This document shows, piece by piece, positions 1-10,772 of a DNA stretch of 64,000 bases. The position numbers and the translations under genes are program-made. The notes under the pieces were generated by a model, which was not told where the DNA came from, ran no database searches, and was given only the letters and a program-made list of their open reading frames with translations. The stretch spans positions 5,640 through 69,639 of IMG/VR virus record IMGVR_UViG_3300047157_000098. One strand, given 5' to 3'. The stretch's first letter is position 1; every line of letters begins with the position of its first letter. This DNA is from a virus.

Positions 1-131
1 CCAACATGAGCTCCGTCAGAAGAAGCAACTTCTACGTTTAAAGCATCTCTGTACTCACCATCTGGAACTAATCTCTCGTCCAGGTCTTTATTCATCTTAC
101 CCGCACGAAAGTGATGTTTTAACTCTGGCAT
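1..131 (-). CDS. 5' part of tail stabilisation / tail tube-nozzle protein (runs off window)
   Basis: Manual translation MPELKHHFRAGKMNKDLDERLVPDGEYRDALNVEV; this KMNKDLDERL..GEY.DA.N start is typical of crAss-like/P22 gp10-like stabilisation proteins; follows ring-protein genes. Confidence 0.7.
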   Translation of the reverse strand, partial: MPELKHHFRAGKMNKDLDERLVPDGEYRDALNVEVASSDGAHV

Positions 132-136
132 ATATA

Positions 137-1237
137 TTATTTTATTTGTTTAGACTTGTTTCTTAATACTTGACGTATTTCTTCTGACTTAAAGTTTGAA
201 AGTCTTAATTTAGCTTGTCTCATAGCCGCAAACCTTTCTTTCTTAAATCTTGCTACTATATACTCTGGTATATTGATTCTTGTTGCTAATATAGCGTGAG
301 CTATATATTTATACATAGCTTCTTCAGCTAGCTTATGTATTATCATTTCATCTTCCGTACCTAAACCGTCACTAATATATCTAAGTGTAATTGTTCTACC
401 TGACACGTCAGAACTAAAATGTATATAACCTCTAGAGTTGTCTATGAAATATACTCCGTTTACATGAGCGTTCTCTGGGTTTAAACCATATCTTCTACCC
501 TCAACATAAGCTTGATCTATATCAGTGTCATCTGATGAACCTATAGTTGAGCTACTTGATAGTTGTGTACTAAAAGATGTCCATGTGTCTGAATCACTTG
601 CTGTTGTTAAGTTACCGTTTTCATCAAACATATAACTATAATCATTAGCTTGATTCACAGCTGTAGGGTTACCTGTTTTTCTAGCAGGATATATAACTCT
701 ATCTATACCACTATCATCTCTCCACGATAACTTAACATAGTTAACATAGTCGTGTGGTAAAGCCATTTTTAAACTAGGTCCTAGTTCAATTTCTTGACTC
801 TTTTCAGATCTTAATATATCATAACTCATTTCTTGTAAACCTCTTTGAGCATGAAAAGCAACATCGGATCTTCTTACTTTAGGTATTATTTTATCTTCAC
901 CAACATAGCTTATATTAAAATTATTTATAAGCTGTTGCATTGTTATATATTGATAGTTACCTAGATTAGGATTTATAATTGTTACAACAATAACATCATT
1001 AGCGGTAGCTCCGGAACCTAGAGTAACTGTGTTTGTTGTGTTATTAAAAGTAAAGGATGTTGTAGATGTACCATTTATAGTTACATTAAACTCTCCAGCA
1101 GACTCAGGCATTGTTGCTAGGCTGTTAAGTAATGTTTGGTTATCTGGAAAAGTTAAAACAAAAGCTGTTTGCCCAGCCGAAGCTATAAAACTTTCTGAAC
1201 CGTAATATTGTTGTTGTGTTCCTTCAAATAGTGGCAT
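137..1237 (-). CDS. tail tubular/ring structural protein with an inserted small beta-domain
   Basis: 366 aa ORF in the tail operon; helical N-part (FHAQRGLQEMSYD, LPHDYVNYVK), C-terminal LRYISDG..IHKLAEEA; insert ASAGQTAFVL..VTINGT..VTLGSGATANDVIVV. Confidence 0.6.
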   Translation of the reverse strand: MPLFEGTQQQYYGSESFIASAGQTAFVLTFPDNQTLLNSLATMPESAGEFNVTINGTSTTSFTFNNTTNTVTLGSGATANDVIVVTIINPNLGNYQYITMQQLINNFNISYVGEDKIIPKVRRSDVAFHAQRGLQEMSYDILRSEKSQEIELGPSLKMALPHDYVNYVKLSWRDDSGIDRVIYPARKTGNPTAVNQANDYSYMFDENGNLTTASDSDTWTSFSTQLSSSSTIGSSDDTDIDQAYVEGRRYGLNPENAHVNGVYFIDNSRGYIHFSSDVSGRTITLRYISDGLGTEDEMIIHKLAEEAMYKYIAHAILATRINIPEYIVARFKKERFAAMRQAKLRLSNFKSEEIRQVLRNKSKQIK

Positions 1238-1240
1238 ATC

Positions 1241-2017
1241 TTATTGTTTTTCTTGTTGCGTGTTAATTTGATTTTCTTGTGAAGCCATTTGATATAAGCT
1301 AGGGTCCTTTATTAGTATTCCAGCTAATTGCAATATCTTAACAACTAATTCAGTTTCTTCTGATGCGTGAAGCTGAAAATGCTGAGTCGTATTAGCGTTG
1401 TATAACGCTTGCTCGTCTATAAGAGTATAGCCCCAACCAACTGTCTCGGGGAAATCTATATAGTTACAATACACGTTACTTGATATAGTTGTTGGATAAA
1501 CTTGGATAGCTCTTGCTTCAAACATACCTTCTAGGTCATTACTTGATTGAGCTGTACTACCTGCTCTTGGAACAAAGTTAGAAGCCCTAACATATACTGG
1601 TCTTGCTAAGTTTGGAGCTGTTAGTGGTGAGTTTTGTATGTGGTGAATATCGTTTTGATTTATTTTTTCCATCTCAACGTAACCACCTTTATGCTTATAA
1701 TATAATTCGCCCATTCTATAATGGTTTGGTAAAGTACCTTGACCAGGTTGTGATACGTGTGTTGACATAACAACATCTACCCTGTACTTTTCGAATATAT
1801 CTATCTTTTCTTTTAACAAGTCAACTTGATCAGCATAGGTACTATCATTACCTGGTATTCTCATAAAAGCATTTAAGTCATAAAAATACTGCTCGAATAT
1901 GTCTTGCTGAGCTTGATTTGCTAACAAGTTAAATTCAAGCGGTGTTATATAACCTCTTTGTTCTTTATTAGCTATAACTAATACTTTTTGATATACATTA
2001 TCTATATTGACTGCCAT
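1241..2017 (-). CDS. tail ring / head-tail adaptor protein
   Basis: 258 aa; ANKEQRGYITP.EFN.LANQAQ N-terminus; position downstream of the capsid gene. Confidence 0.55.
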   Translation of the reverse strand: MAVNIDNVYQKVLVIANKEQRGYITPLEFNLLANQAQQDIFEQYFYDLNAFMRIPGNDSTYADQVDLLKEKIDIFEKYRVDVVMSTHVSQPGQGTLPNHYRMGELYYKHKGGYVEMEKINQNDIHHIQNSPLTAPNLARPVYVRASNFVPRAGSTAQSSNDLEGMFEARAIQVYPTTISSNVYCNYIDFPETVGWGYTLIDEQALYNANTTQHFQLHASEETELVVKILQLAGILIKDPSLYQMASQENQINTQQEKQ

Positions 2018-2026
2018 AATTGTTTT

Positions 2027-2191
2027 TTATTTTTTATAAGGAAACGCTTTGTTTAAAGCTTCTTTTCTTTTTCCACAACCACAATCTTTACCGGTTGCTT
2101 CGCTAATTGTGTCTACGACTTTTTTTATACCAGTTGCTTTTGTAATTTTAGCAACAGTATCACCAAGTCCTTTTGATTTATTGTTTTCCAT
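2027..2191 (-). CDS. small basic protein with DCGC motif (54 aa, missing from ORF track)
   Basis: Manual translation MENNKSKGLGDTVAKITKATGIKKVVDTISEATGKDCGCGKRKEALNKAFPYKK; fills the intergenic gap and has an A/T-rich leader. Confidence 0.75.
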   Translation of the reverse strand: MENNKSKGLGDTVAKITKATGIKKVVDTISEATGKDCGCGKRKEALNKAFPYKK

Positions 2192-2200
2192 ATAATATAA

Positions 2201-2243
2201 TTTGTAGTTTGCAATCGCCCCGTAGAGCGACTGCTACTACAAA
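2201..2243 (-). terminator. stem-loop (terminator or mRNA-stabilising/processing hairpin)
   Basis: Minus strand TTTGTAGT-A-GCAGTCGCTC-TACG-GGGCGATTGC-AA-ACTACAAA just after the 2249 ORF stop; no clear U-tail. Confidence 0.55.
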
Positions 2244-2248
2244 GTGAT

Positions 2249-3013
2249 TTATTTTAGTTTCTTTTCAATTGCTTTAAGAACTTCTAGTCCCTCATCAGTT
2301 TTCAACCAATGAGCTAAAGCATTGTAAGGATGTTCTTCAAATGGAACTGTACAAAGTTTCTTTTTGCTTGAAGTCCAAGTAAAATGTCTTTGGTCTGAAG
2401 ATAAAGTTATTAAATTAGCTTCAACAGCTTTAACACCTATATTTCTTAATTGAACATCATCATCAGAAGCTAACTGTATAAACGCTTGAGGTTGTTTCTT
2501 AGCATACAACAGTACGTCTCTTTTTATCTCCTTAGAAGACATATTAGACACTGAACTACCTTGTTCAACTCTCAATATAGCTTCAGCTTCATCAACACTT
2601 AGAGACATTGCTAGTTTAACGGCTTCGAATTCTAATTCAATCCAATCTGTTTCGTTTTCAGCTATCACCTCTGGTTCAAACTCTGTGTATAAAGTGTTTA
2701 ACCTTGGGTGGTATAATGAAAGAAACATTTGTAGGTTTCTTTGTGAACTTGGAACTGTTAACTTTCCATCTCTCATAACTATGTGTCCTAATGTACAAGG
2801 ACCTTTTTGTTCGTCCACAAAAGGAGAAGGTTGGTTTGTTGCGTATCTTAATTCACGCTGATAACCTTTCTCAGGGTCGAACCACATCAATGGTTTTCTT
2901 CTTGTGTGTTTTGACGGTATTACAAGTACTACCGGTGTATTTTGACCTTTTAATAAATAAGTCCTGTCTTTTACAACCCAATCTTTAGGTTGTGTTATTG
3001 TTTGTTTTTCCAT
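2249..3013 (-). CDS. conserved phage protein downstream of the capsid gene (assembly/structural, function unknown)
   Basis: 254 aa ORF, coherent with the operon, has a periodic A/T leader. Confidence 0.6.
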   Translation of the reverse strand: MEKQTITQPKDWVVKDRTYLLKGQNTPVVLVIPSKHTRRKPLMWFDPEKGYQRELRYATNQPSPFVDEQKGPCTLGHIVMRDGKLTVPSSQRNLQMFLSLYHPRLNTLYTEFEPEVIAENETDWIELEFEAVKLAMSLSVDEAEAILRVEQGSSVSNMSSKEIKRDVLLYAKKQPQAFIQLASDDDVQLRNIGVKAVEANLITLSSDQRHFTWTSSKKKLCTVPFEEHPYNALAHWLKTDEGLEVLKAIEKKLK

Positions 3014-3040
3014 AATATAATATAATAAAAGTTTGTAAAT

Positions 3041-3078
3041 AAAAATAAAGGGTCGGGTGCCGAAGCACCCAACTCTTT
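3041..3078 (-). terminator. Rho-independent terminator after major capsid gene
   Basis: Minus strand AAAGAGTTGGGTGC-TTCG-GCACCCGACCCTTT followed by ATTTTT; cUUCGg tetraloop. Confidence 0.85.
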
Positions 3079-3093
3079 AAAGTAATAATGAAA

Positions 3094-4554
3094 TTATTTT
3101 TTCAATAATACGAAGTTATTCGCACCTTGAACACATAAACATCTTTCTGATAAGAAGTTTACTACCATTTCATCAGCATCAGAAGTATAGTTTCCACCTA
3201 CAGATCCAGTGATCCAAGATTTCATTTTTCTATCATCAGCTTCAGATTTTCTGTATCTAACATGCAAGAATGGTCTTGAGATATTCTTACCTAACGACTG
3301 ATCGTATACAGTAGAAGTACCAGCAGGAACAATAAGTCCTTCGATATCTCCAACTAATCCTCTCGTTGTAGCGTCGTTTAAGTATTTCCAGTCAGATTTG
3401 TAGAAGTCATAAGAACCTCGTCTAAATCCAGTGAAACCTAAATTAAGAGCCATTTCCTCTTCGTTGTTGAATACACCATAAGATGATCCATTCATTCCTG
3501 AAGAAGAGTTAGCAGTAGATAACATGTTATCAATTTCTAAAGCAGTAGCTCTATCTAAGAACATCATGTTCTCTTCAATAGCACCTTGCTTATCAAGTTC
3601 TTGTAAGATAGTATCAAACTCAGTTAAACCAGCTTGTGCATAAGGAGCAGATCCAGATACAGAATCGAAATCAGTACCAGTCCATACAAGACCTCTTGAA
3701 TTAATAGCAGCAAATAAACCTTCAGTACCTGCAACATTGAATGCGTTAGAACCCATTGACTGAGCAGCTAATTCACCTTCAACCATTGCCATTTCCATTT
3801 GATCTTCAAATCTTAAACGAGCTTCGTGCTCAGATTTTAAGTACCATAAGAAACCAGAAGCTCCATTTTCAGAAGTAACTTCAACCCAACCGATTTGAGC
3901 AGTGTCAGAACCATTAACTTGGTATCTGTCTCTCATGATGATTGGTCTGTTGCTAAACTGAGTGAAAGAAGCATCTAAAGAACCAGTGATCTCCCTTGAA
4001 CCTTTTCTATATTCAGTACCGTAAACGAATAACTTAATATCGTCTCCGTTAGCGAATGCACCACCAGTTCCTAAATTAGCTTGCGTGTAAGGCTGAGCAG
4101 TAACTTGAATACCGTTAGCGTTCACAGCAATAATTAAACACTTAAGTACCGACGTTGATGCAGCGTTAGAAACGATGATAGTATCATGTAACTGAACGTT
4201 GTGTCCTGCTGGTAATTTAATAGTGTTAGATGCAGCTGTTTGAACTTCAACAGTGTTAGCTCCGCTTTCTGCAGCATCATATGCTACGTGTAATCTTCCT
4301 TGTTCAGACCAGATTACTTGGTCAGATTGTAATGGCATTTCAGCGCCAACCATTTTTAAGAAACCAGAGATAGTTCTATTTCCGTATCTTTCAACTTCTT
4401 TCTCATAGATTTCAGGTAAAAATTGTTCTGCGAACGAGCCACCACCAGTGCTATCATTGAATGATAGGTAGTTGTCTCCCCAAAGGGATTGCGTAGGTGC
4501 CGGAGTTACGTGATTTAGTTCCGCCCCTTGCGCAGGATTAATAAATTGTCCCAT
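3094..4554 (-). CDS. major capsid protein
   Basis: 486 aa; QFLPEIYEKEVERYGNRTISGFL N-arm and C-terminal FLSERCLCVQGANNF; order portal-scaffold-MCP; followed by a strong terminator. Confidence 0.85.
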   Translation of the reverse strand: MGQFINPAQGAELNHVTPAPTQSLWGDNYLSFNDSTGGGSFAEQFLPEIYEKEVERYGNRTISGFLKMVGAEMPLQSDQVIWSEQGRLHVAYDAAESGANTVEVQTAASNTIKLPAGHNVQLHDTIIVSNAASTSVLKCLIIAVNANGIQVTAQPYTQANLGTGGAFANGDDIKLFVYGTEYRKGSREITGSLDASFTQFSNRPIIMRDRYQVNGSDTAQIGWVEVTSENGASGFLWYLKSEHEARLRFEDQMEMAMVEGELAAQSMGSNAFNVAGTEGLFAAINSRGLVWTGTDFDSVSGSAPYAQAGLTEFDTILQELDKQGAIEENMMFLDRATALEIDNMLSTANSSSGMNGSSYGVFNNEEEMALNLGFTGFRRGSYDFYKSDWKYLNDATTRGLVGDIEGLIVPAGTSTVYDQSLGKNISRPFLHVRYRKSEADDRKMKSWITGSVGGNYTSDADEMVVNFLSERCLCVQGANNFVLLKK

Positions 4555-4574
4555 TTTTTTTAATTTTTAATTAA

Positions 4575-5825
4575 TTAGTTAAACTTGTTTTTATTCATTC
4601 TAACTCTAAGCCTACTAGTATCATCTCCGCTAACTACTTTATAAGTGGTACCACCTTGCTTAACTTTAGTATGTCCTTGTCTAGGTGTCATATCAACATT
4701 CTTTGACTTAGAAATACTTTCTTTTAAAGCATCAGCTTTACCTTGATTGTAAAAGTGATTAGCTATAGCATCGGGATTCATTGCTGTAAATAAAGATTTA
4801 TGATAACCCGCAGCGTCTGACATTTCATTATTTTTGTTCAAAAACTTTTTGACAAAATTAGATATATCCCCTTGGGTGTTTTTAACCTCTTCAGCATTTT
4901 TTACGTTATATCTGTATCTTTTTTCTCCGACATTATATTCAAAACCTTTGAAATTGTCATTAAAAACCTTACCGGTTTCTTTTTTAAATACATCTATTTG
5001 ACGCGCCTCAACCTTTTTGACATCAGCTTGCTCTTTGTTATATCTATTAAAAAATTCTACAGCTTTCTTTTGCTCAGGCGCTAACCTGCTTCCAGCTTTA
5101 ATTTCCTCATAGTATTTAGACTTTAGCCCGTCTAAGTGGCTTTTAGCGTTCGCAACTTGCTCTTTCAACGCTAGTTTTTTTCTTTTAATATCTCTATCCT
5201 CATCTGTTTCTTCGTCATAAGAAAACTGATCTTCCATTAAGAAGTCAATTTCATCACTAGATAAGTGAGGTTTTGTGTTTTGGTAGTATTCCTTTAGTAG
5301 TTGATTTTCATCTAACGATGTATAATCAGTATTTAACCGAACGTAGTCTTGCAGTGAACCACCAGTCTCGTTCATGAACTCTACCACTTTTTGTATGTTT
5401 TCTGGTAAAGGGTCTCCTGTAGCCTCAGCTTCAGCAACAGCTTCTTCAACTTCTTCAGTTAATTCTTCTGTTTTTTCTTCAACCTCTTCATCCGTTATCT
5501 CTTCTAAAACAGGAGTAACATTTACCTCTGTTTTTTCTTCAGGGGTAACATCTTCCCTTATTTCTTCAACAACAGGTTCTTCCTCTTGTTTTTTCTTACT
5601 TAAGTCAACTTTTATAACGTCACTTTTTTCTTCAGTGATTTTATTTTTCTGTTCGTCTAAGTTTACTTTGATGACCTCTGGCTCGTCTTTAACCAATTGT
5701 TTAGGTCTTTTTTTCATTTTAACAGGCTCATTAACTACCTCTTCAGTTTTAGCCTCAGCTGGAGGAGGAGTAGACGGTAAGTCTGCTTTAACAGAATCTA
5801 ACGATTCTTTGCTTTCATTTTCCAT
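4575..5825 (-). CDS. capsid scaffolding protein
   Basis: 416 aa, very acidic low-complexity N-half then helical C-half; lies between portal and MCP. Confidence 0.65.
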   Translation of the reverse strand: MENESKESLDSVKADLPSTPPPAEAKTEEVVNEPVKMKKRPKQLVKDEPEVIKVNLDEQKNKITEEKSDVIKVDLSKKKQEEEPVVEEIREDVTPEEKTEVNVTPVLEEITDEEVEEKTEELTEEVEEAVAEAEATGDPLPENIQKVVEFMNETGGSLQDYVRLNTDYTSLDENQLLKEYYQNTKPHLSSDEIDFLMEDQFSYDEETDEDRDIKRKKLALKEQVANAKSHLDGLKSKYYEEIKAGSRLAPEQKKAVEFFNRYNKEQADVKKVEARQIDVFKKETGKVFNDNFKGFEYNVGEKRYRYNVKNAEEVKNTQGDISNFVKKFLNKNNEMSDAAGYHKSLFTAMNPDAIANHFYNQGKADALKESISKSKNVDMTPRQGHTKVKQGGTTYKVVSGDDTSRLRVRMNKNKFN

Positions 5826-5852
5826 AATATAATATAATTAAATAATTAAACA

Positions 5853-8282
5853 TTATCTAGGCTCAAAAGCGCCTAGATCAAAACCACCACCTAGTGTGTC
5901 ATTGCCTTTAGATTCAAAGTTTTTAGGTGGTGCGTCTTTTGCCCTTTGATCTATTAATTCAGATTGTTGAGATGCTTGCATTTTAGTACGATCATCTTTA
6001 CGATCTTCTTTTTGTGTTTCTTTTGCTTTAACAGCATCAAGCTCCATTTTCTTTAACTGCATGTTAAGTTGGAACTCATGATCCATTAATTGCTTTTTTA
6101 TCATAGCTTCAGCTTGTAATCTTTGTTGTTCCATTTCAGATTTAGCTTGTTCTAATTGTATTTTACTTTGAGTTAAGGCTTGTTCTTTTTGAACTTCTGC
6201 TTGAGCAGCTACTTGTTGAGCTTGAGCATTTGCCTGTGACTGAGCTTGTATGTTCTCTTGCTGCATCTCTTGATCTCTCTTGAGCTTTTCTCTTCTTCTA
6301 ACCTTAAGCAATTGGTTTGCTAATTTAACGTTCTTAATCTCCCTTAAGTCAATAGCATCAGTTAACTCTATTAATTGTTGTTGTAAAGCCTGCTGTATAT
6401 TGTTTTCAAGCATTGCTCTTTCTTCTTCATCAGGTTGTAGATTTATAAATATACCAAAGTCATACAAATGTAGATTCTTCATTTCATCTAAAGTCGCTAC
6501 ATTGTGAGTTCCTATACTCTGTATAAACGCGTCTCTTGTTGGTGAATATTCTATAATATCAGATATTCTTAATGATAAAGCCTCAGCCATCTCAGCTGTT
6601 ATAAATAAACCAGCTTGCAATATATGTCTTGTTGCTACGTTTGAATTTGCAGCTGCAAGTTTTTGTACACCAACTAAAGCTTTCGCGTCCGGCGTGCTAG
6701 CATCTCTTGCTTCATTTAGACCGGTCACATCTCTGATCATTTGTAAATAATAGTTATATGTCTGAATTAGTGATTGCATTTTTGCACCACCATTCCCAGA
6801 TTGAATTTCCTGTATAGGAACTTTTCCTGGGTTCATATCACCATCAGAAGTCATTGATCTACCTATTATAGATCCCGTCTGAAAGAACATATTTAATGCT
6901 TCTTGAGGATTATAATTTGTACCGTTACCTAAATCTATTTCAGCAAGACCGTCAGCATCTAAATATATGCCGTCAGGTACCATTCGCGAAAGGACTTGTT
7001 GGAGTTTTAAGTGTGTTAATTGTATCATGTCAGCAAAACCAGTTATTCTACCAACTAATGATTCTATTTTACCTTTATACATACGTGGCGCTACAATACT
7101 ATAGTTCATTTTAACTTTAGTAAAATCGCTTTTAGGTCTCATCATATTTTTAGCAAGTTCCCACTTAAGTAGTTTTTCACTACCTAGTACAAGAGCTCCT
7201 TCATATAAAACCTCTATAGATCTTGACATTTTACCATATCTAGCTTCCAACATAGCGTCTTCAGCTGGGTTAAATGTATCATCTTTTATTATAACCTTGC
7301 TAGCACCAGTAGCAGTTTCTTTTACTTTGTAAACCTCGTTGGCGTATGTTTTATAATTAAAATATAAAACTTCAACTTGGTTCTTGTCAGCAGATTCAGA
7401 GTGGCCCATATCTTTATTATAGTAACCCTTTTTTAATCTGCTTTGAGAAGTTAATTCTTCTAAGTCTCCTTGCTTTAAATGAGGAAACTGTTTCATCAAC
7501 TCGTTAACTGGTATCGTTTTAACTTCACCTACATAATATATGTCATCAAAATAAGGTGACTCAGTATGAGAATATACTAAGTTAGCTGGATCAACGTACT
7601 CTACCGTAACACCTCTAGATGTATCAAAAGTACATTTAGCTGCTCCAATACCTAGAACAGCTATATCGTAGTAAAATCTTTTCTTAGTTAATTCATATCT
7701 ATTACCTTCAAACAATGTGTTGATTGCTTGTTCCTCAGCTAACTCAACAGCTTGCTTATAATTTAACTGCATGTGTAAAGCTAGTTCCTCTTCTGAATCA
7801 GGTAGTTTATCTGGTTGATTAGCAAATAAATTAACACCAAAAGCTTCTTCAGCAAACTGATTAAGTTCTTTTGTTTTAAGGTCTCTAATAATACCTTCCA
7901 TGTATTTGGTTCTCTTACTAACTCCGTATGGGTCTTGAGAGAATGCTTTTACATCGTATGTTCTTTCAGCAATACCATTAACAACTATATCAACAAATTT
8001 AGGTATAATAGGTACAGGTGTCCAGTCTAAGTTGAGATAAGATAAGTCACCGTTAATAGATAATTCATTTTTATACTTCTGAATAGATTGCTCTCCTCTA
8101 GCATACAGTCTTAATTTATGAAAACTATTTTGATGACTAGAAAATCTATAACCACTGTTATCACGCTTAAACCACTCGTCTTCTATTGCTCTAGCAACTT
8201 TAAGACCGTATTCAATCGTAGCTTTCTCTTTATCGCTTGCGACTTGACTAGGGAAAAAACCTTTTGAAAATGAATTAGCCAT
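5853..8282 (-). CDS. portal protein
   Basis: 809 aa; WTPVPIIPKFVDIVVNG, VTGLNEARD motifs, long Q/E-rich C-terminal coiled coil (P22-like barrel); follows terminase. Confidence 0.85.
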   Translation of the reverse strand: MANSFSKGFFPSQVASDKEKATIEYGLKVARAIEDEWFKRDNSGYRFSSHQNSFHKLRLYARGEQSIQKYKNELSINGDLSYLNLDWTPVPIIPKFVDIVVNGIAERTYDVKAFSQDPYGVSKRTKYMEGIIRDLKTKELNQFAEEAFGVNLFANQPDKLPDSEEELALHMQLNYKQAVELAEEQAINTLFEGNRYELTKKRFYYDIAVLGIGAAKCTFDTSRGVTVEYVDPANLVYSHTESPYFDDIYYVGEVKTIPVNELMKQFPHLKQGDLEELTSQSRLKKGYYNKDMGHSESADKNQVEVLYFNYKTYANEVYKVKETATGASKVIIKDDTFNPAEDAMLEARYGKMSRSIEVLYEGALVLGSEKLLKWELAKNMMRPKSDFTKVKMNYSIVAPRMYKGKIESLVGRITGFADMIQLTHLKLQQVLSRMVPDGIYLDADGLAEIDLGNGTNYNPQEALNMFFQTGSIIGRSMTSDGDMNPGKVPIQEIQSGNGGAKMQSLIQTYNYYLQMIRDVTGLNEARDASTPDAKALVGVQKLAAANSNVATRHILQAGLFITAEMAEALSLRISDIIEYSPTRDAFIQSIGTHNVATLDEMKNLHLYDFGIFINLQPDEEERAMLENNIQQALQQQLIELTDAIDLREIKNVKLANQLLKVRRREKLKRDQEMQQENIQAQSQANAQAQQVAAQAEVQKEQALTQSKIQLEQAKSEMEQQRLQAEAMIKKQLMDHEFQLNMQLKKMELDAVKAKETQKEDRKDDRTKMQASQQSELIDQRAKDAPPKNFESKGNDTLGGGFDLGAFEPR

Positions 8283-8286
8283 ATTA

Positions 8287-10497
8287 TTATTGTATTAATT
8301 TTGAATGCATACCTTTTTGTTTATATTTAGCAATGCTTATGTTTAGTTTTTGTTTTTCTATTTTAGCGTTAGGATTATATAAATGTCTATTACAAGCCAT
8401 AACAGCTAAACCACTACTAATAGCAGCATCAAAAGCTGTTCTTTTATTTATGTCAAATTTAGCCCAATCTTGTAGTGTTTCTGTAAAATACATGTCACCA
8501 TAAACTCCTTCACCTTTGTGACCAACGTGATTTTGTATATACATTTCAATAGCAGCTGCGTGAGCTTGTTTTATATCTTCACTAGAGTTTGGTATACCAC
8601 CGACTTCTCTTTCTGCTACAGATAACTTATTCCATACTTTATCTGGTCTGTTCATGCTGTAACCTCTATAACCTCTTCTTCTTAAATAGTATAAAAGCCT
8701 AGGTTTGTTATTCTCAGCGAGTAAAGGCATACCGTAAAAAACCAAAGCCATAAGTACATCTTCAAAAAATATATCAGCGGTTTGTGGTCTAGCTATATAT
8801 TCTAGGAAAAATGAGTTAGGTGGACAGTTTTCCATAGAGAACTTTGTCAAACCATGTAAAGCACCTTTTGATCCTTTACCATCTACAGTACCTGATATAT
8901 CATAAGAGTCACATCCAAAAGCTCCCATATGTTCATTACCCGGATATTTTCTATTACCCTTATTTGTGATATTATTTTGAAGGTGTCTAGGTGGAACCCA
9001 ACTGACTTTAAACCTACCATTAGGATCTGGATAAAAGATCACCTCACTATCCTTCACGCCGTTAGTCCACTGAAAATTACCAGTTGTTAAACTGTTAGAT
9101 GATCCGGTACCTTCGTTATAATCTATTTGCTCGTATATTTTAGCTAAATTAAATATACTGTTTTTTGTTTCGTCTCTGAAAGCATGTTCTTCAGTTCTTG
9201 GAAATTGACGATAAAACTCATTAAGAGCATCACCATCATTTTTTAATCCATCAGCCTCATTATTCCAGTGTTCAATGATTCCGATGTCGATTGGTTCATT
9301 AAACGGGCCAACAGTTTCTGTTTCAGGTGTGTCGAAGACAGGCATCCCAAAAGAATCAATGAATCCCTCGTAATTCCATTCCATAGGAATGAACAAACTA
9401 TATAGTCCTGAGCTTGTTTGTCCATTGCGATTTCGCTTGGTGACATCTGATGCATTGTATAGTTTTTTAAAATTATCTCCTCCTTTATCTAAAGCGTTTG
9501 ATGTTGATCCCATCATACACTTACCTATTACTCTACTACCTAATCTAAGGGTGGTTTTCGTAACACGCCAGTTGTTGAGGATGTTGTTCGGCCTTTCCCA
9601 TTTACCCGATTCATCGTGGACGAGGAGTTTAAGTTTCTCCCCATCATAGGAGTTATCACCGGTGTTTTTCCAATCGATCGTTGTATCGAGTCCCTGTAAG
9701 GCTTCGGGCTTGTCGGTACTTGTAATGTTCCGTCTCGTAAGCTTGGACGCGGGTACTCTATATGCAAGTTCGGTTTTGGGACGGTCCATTCCGTCCTGTA
9801 TCGGTTTAAAAAAGAACGGATAATTGACCGATATTGGGACGACTTTATCTGTGAACATTTTCTTAGCGTCGGGCCCAGATTTGGACAATATACCGAATCG
9901 TGAATCGGAACTAATAGTTGCTGAATTAACCACCTCTCCTGATGCCATAAATGAAAATCCCGATCTACGGTTTTTAAGATAGCACATTCCATAACTCCTC
10001 TTGTCTGCTTTACAAGCTTCCCAGAATATAAAGAATAATCTGTTTGCTTCCCTAAAGTCTGGCTGCCCAACATCAATCTTGGACCACTGCAAGTACATGT
10101 AATGAGTACCAGTAATGTAAGTAGGGACATCTTTATTATAAAACCAAAAACCTTCTTCTCTTCTTTTAAACTCATTCTCTATATAGTCTATATATTTTTT
10201 TTTGAAATCATCTGGGTACTGTTTCCAATCAAAAATAGTTTTAATTCTTTTTAGCTCTACAGGTTGGTCAGTGTATTCCCAGGTGTTCTTGCTAAACTTA
10301 TATGTGTCACTTTTTTTAGGTAAAGCTATTCTAAGGTTTTGGATCTCGTATACTTCACCTATTTGACCAGTTTTAGATATAACAATTAAATCATGTTCCT
10401 TATTATATCCATATTGCCACTTTTTAGATTTATTTAATCTACTTATGGTATTTTTTTTAATAGGTTCTATAACCTTATATAGAGTCTGCTCGTACAT
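8287..10497 (-). CDS. terL: terminase large subunit
   Basis: Walker A-like LKNRRSGFS, Walker B LLVHDESGK, coupling motif GST, RNase H-like FGCDSYD. Confidence 0.9.
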   Translation of the reverse strand: MYEQTLYKVIEPIKKNTISRLNKSKKWQYGYNKEHDLIVISKTGQIGEVYEIQNLRIALPKKSDTYKFSKNTWEYTDQPVELKRIKTIFDWKQYPDDFKKKYIDYIENEFKRREEGFWFYNKDVPTYITGTHYMYLQWSKIDVGQPDFREANRLFFIFWEACKADKRSYGMCYLKNRRSGFSFMASGEVVNSATISSDSRFGILSKSGPDAKKMFTDKVVPISVNYPFFFKPIQDGMDRPKTELAYRVPASKLTRRNITSTDKPEALQGLDTTIDWKNTGDNSYDGEKLKLLVHDESGKWERPNNILNNWRVTKTTLRLGSRVIGKCMMGSTSNALDKGGDNFKKLYNASDVTKRNRNGQTSSGLYSLFIPMEWNYEGFIDSFGMPVFDTPETETVGPFNEPIDIGIIEHWNNEADGLKNDGDALNEFYRQFPRTEEHAFRDETKNSIFNLAKIYEQIDYNEGTGSSNSLTTGNFQWTNGVKDSEVIFYPDPNGRFKVSWVPPRHLQNNITNKGNRKYPGNEHMGAFGCDSYDISGTVDGKGSKGALHGLTKFSMENCPPNSFFLEYIARPQTADIFFEDVLMALVFYGMPLLAENNKPRLLYYLRRRGYRGYSMNRPDKVWNKLSVAEREVGGIPNSSEDIKQAHAAAIEMYIQNHVGHKGEGVYGDMYFTETLQDWAKFDINKRTAFDAAISSGLAVMACNRHLYNPNAKIEKQKLNISIAKYKQKGMHSKLIQ

Positions 10498-10772
10498 TAC
10501 TTAGATCTTCTTTCGGCAAAACCAGAAAAAGTTTCTTCTTTTTTCTCCTCCACAACTTTTCCATTCAACATATTCTCTTCTTCTTGTATTCTATTTAGAA
10601 TTTCAAAAGCATCAAATATAGCTAGCTTTTTAGTTGCTGCTGCGTTTTTTAATCTATCAGCAGTTATGTCATCACCTGAATCTACAATAGCTTCTTTTGC
10701 TACTTTAATAAGTTCTTCAACCGCTTTGTGTCCAGCTTGGATTATACTCTTCTTCGTTTCCTTGATATTCAT
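10497..10772 (-). CDS. putative terminase small subunit
   Basis: 91 aa helical protein translationally coupled (TAATG) to terL; assignment is positional. Confidence 0.5.
   Translation of the reverse strand: MNIKETKKSIIQAGHKAVEELIKVAKEAIVDSGDDITADRLKNAAATKKLAIFDAFEILNRIQEEENMLNGKVVEEKKEETFSGFAERRSK

Noticed and set aside
8287-10497. Intron or intein in terL (locally higher GC at about 9.5-9.9 kb), also checked in RNR and helicase
   Set aside because: Frames are continuous, sizes are normal and no intein or homing-endonuclease motifs are visible
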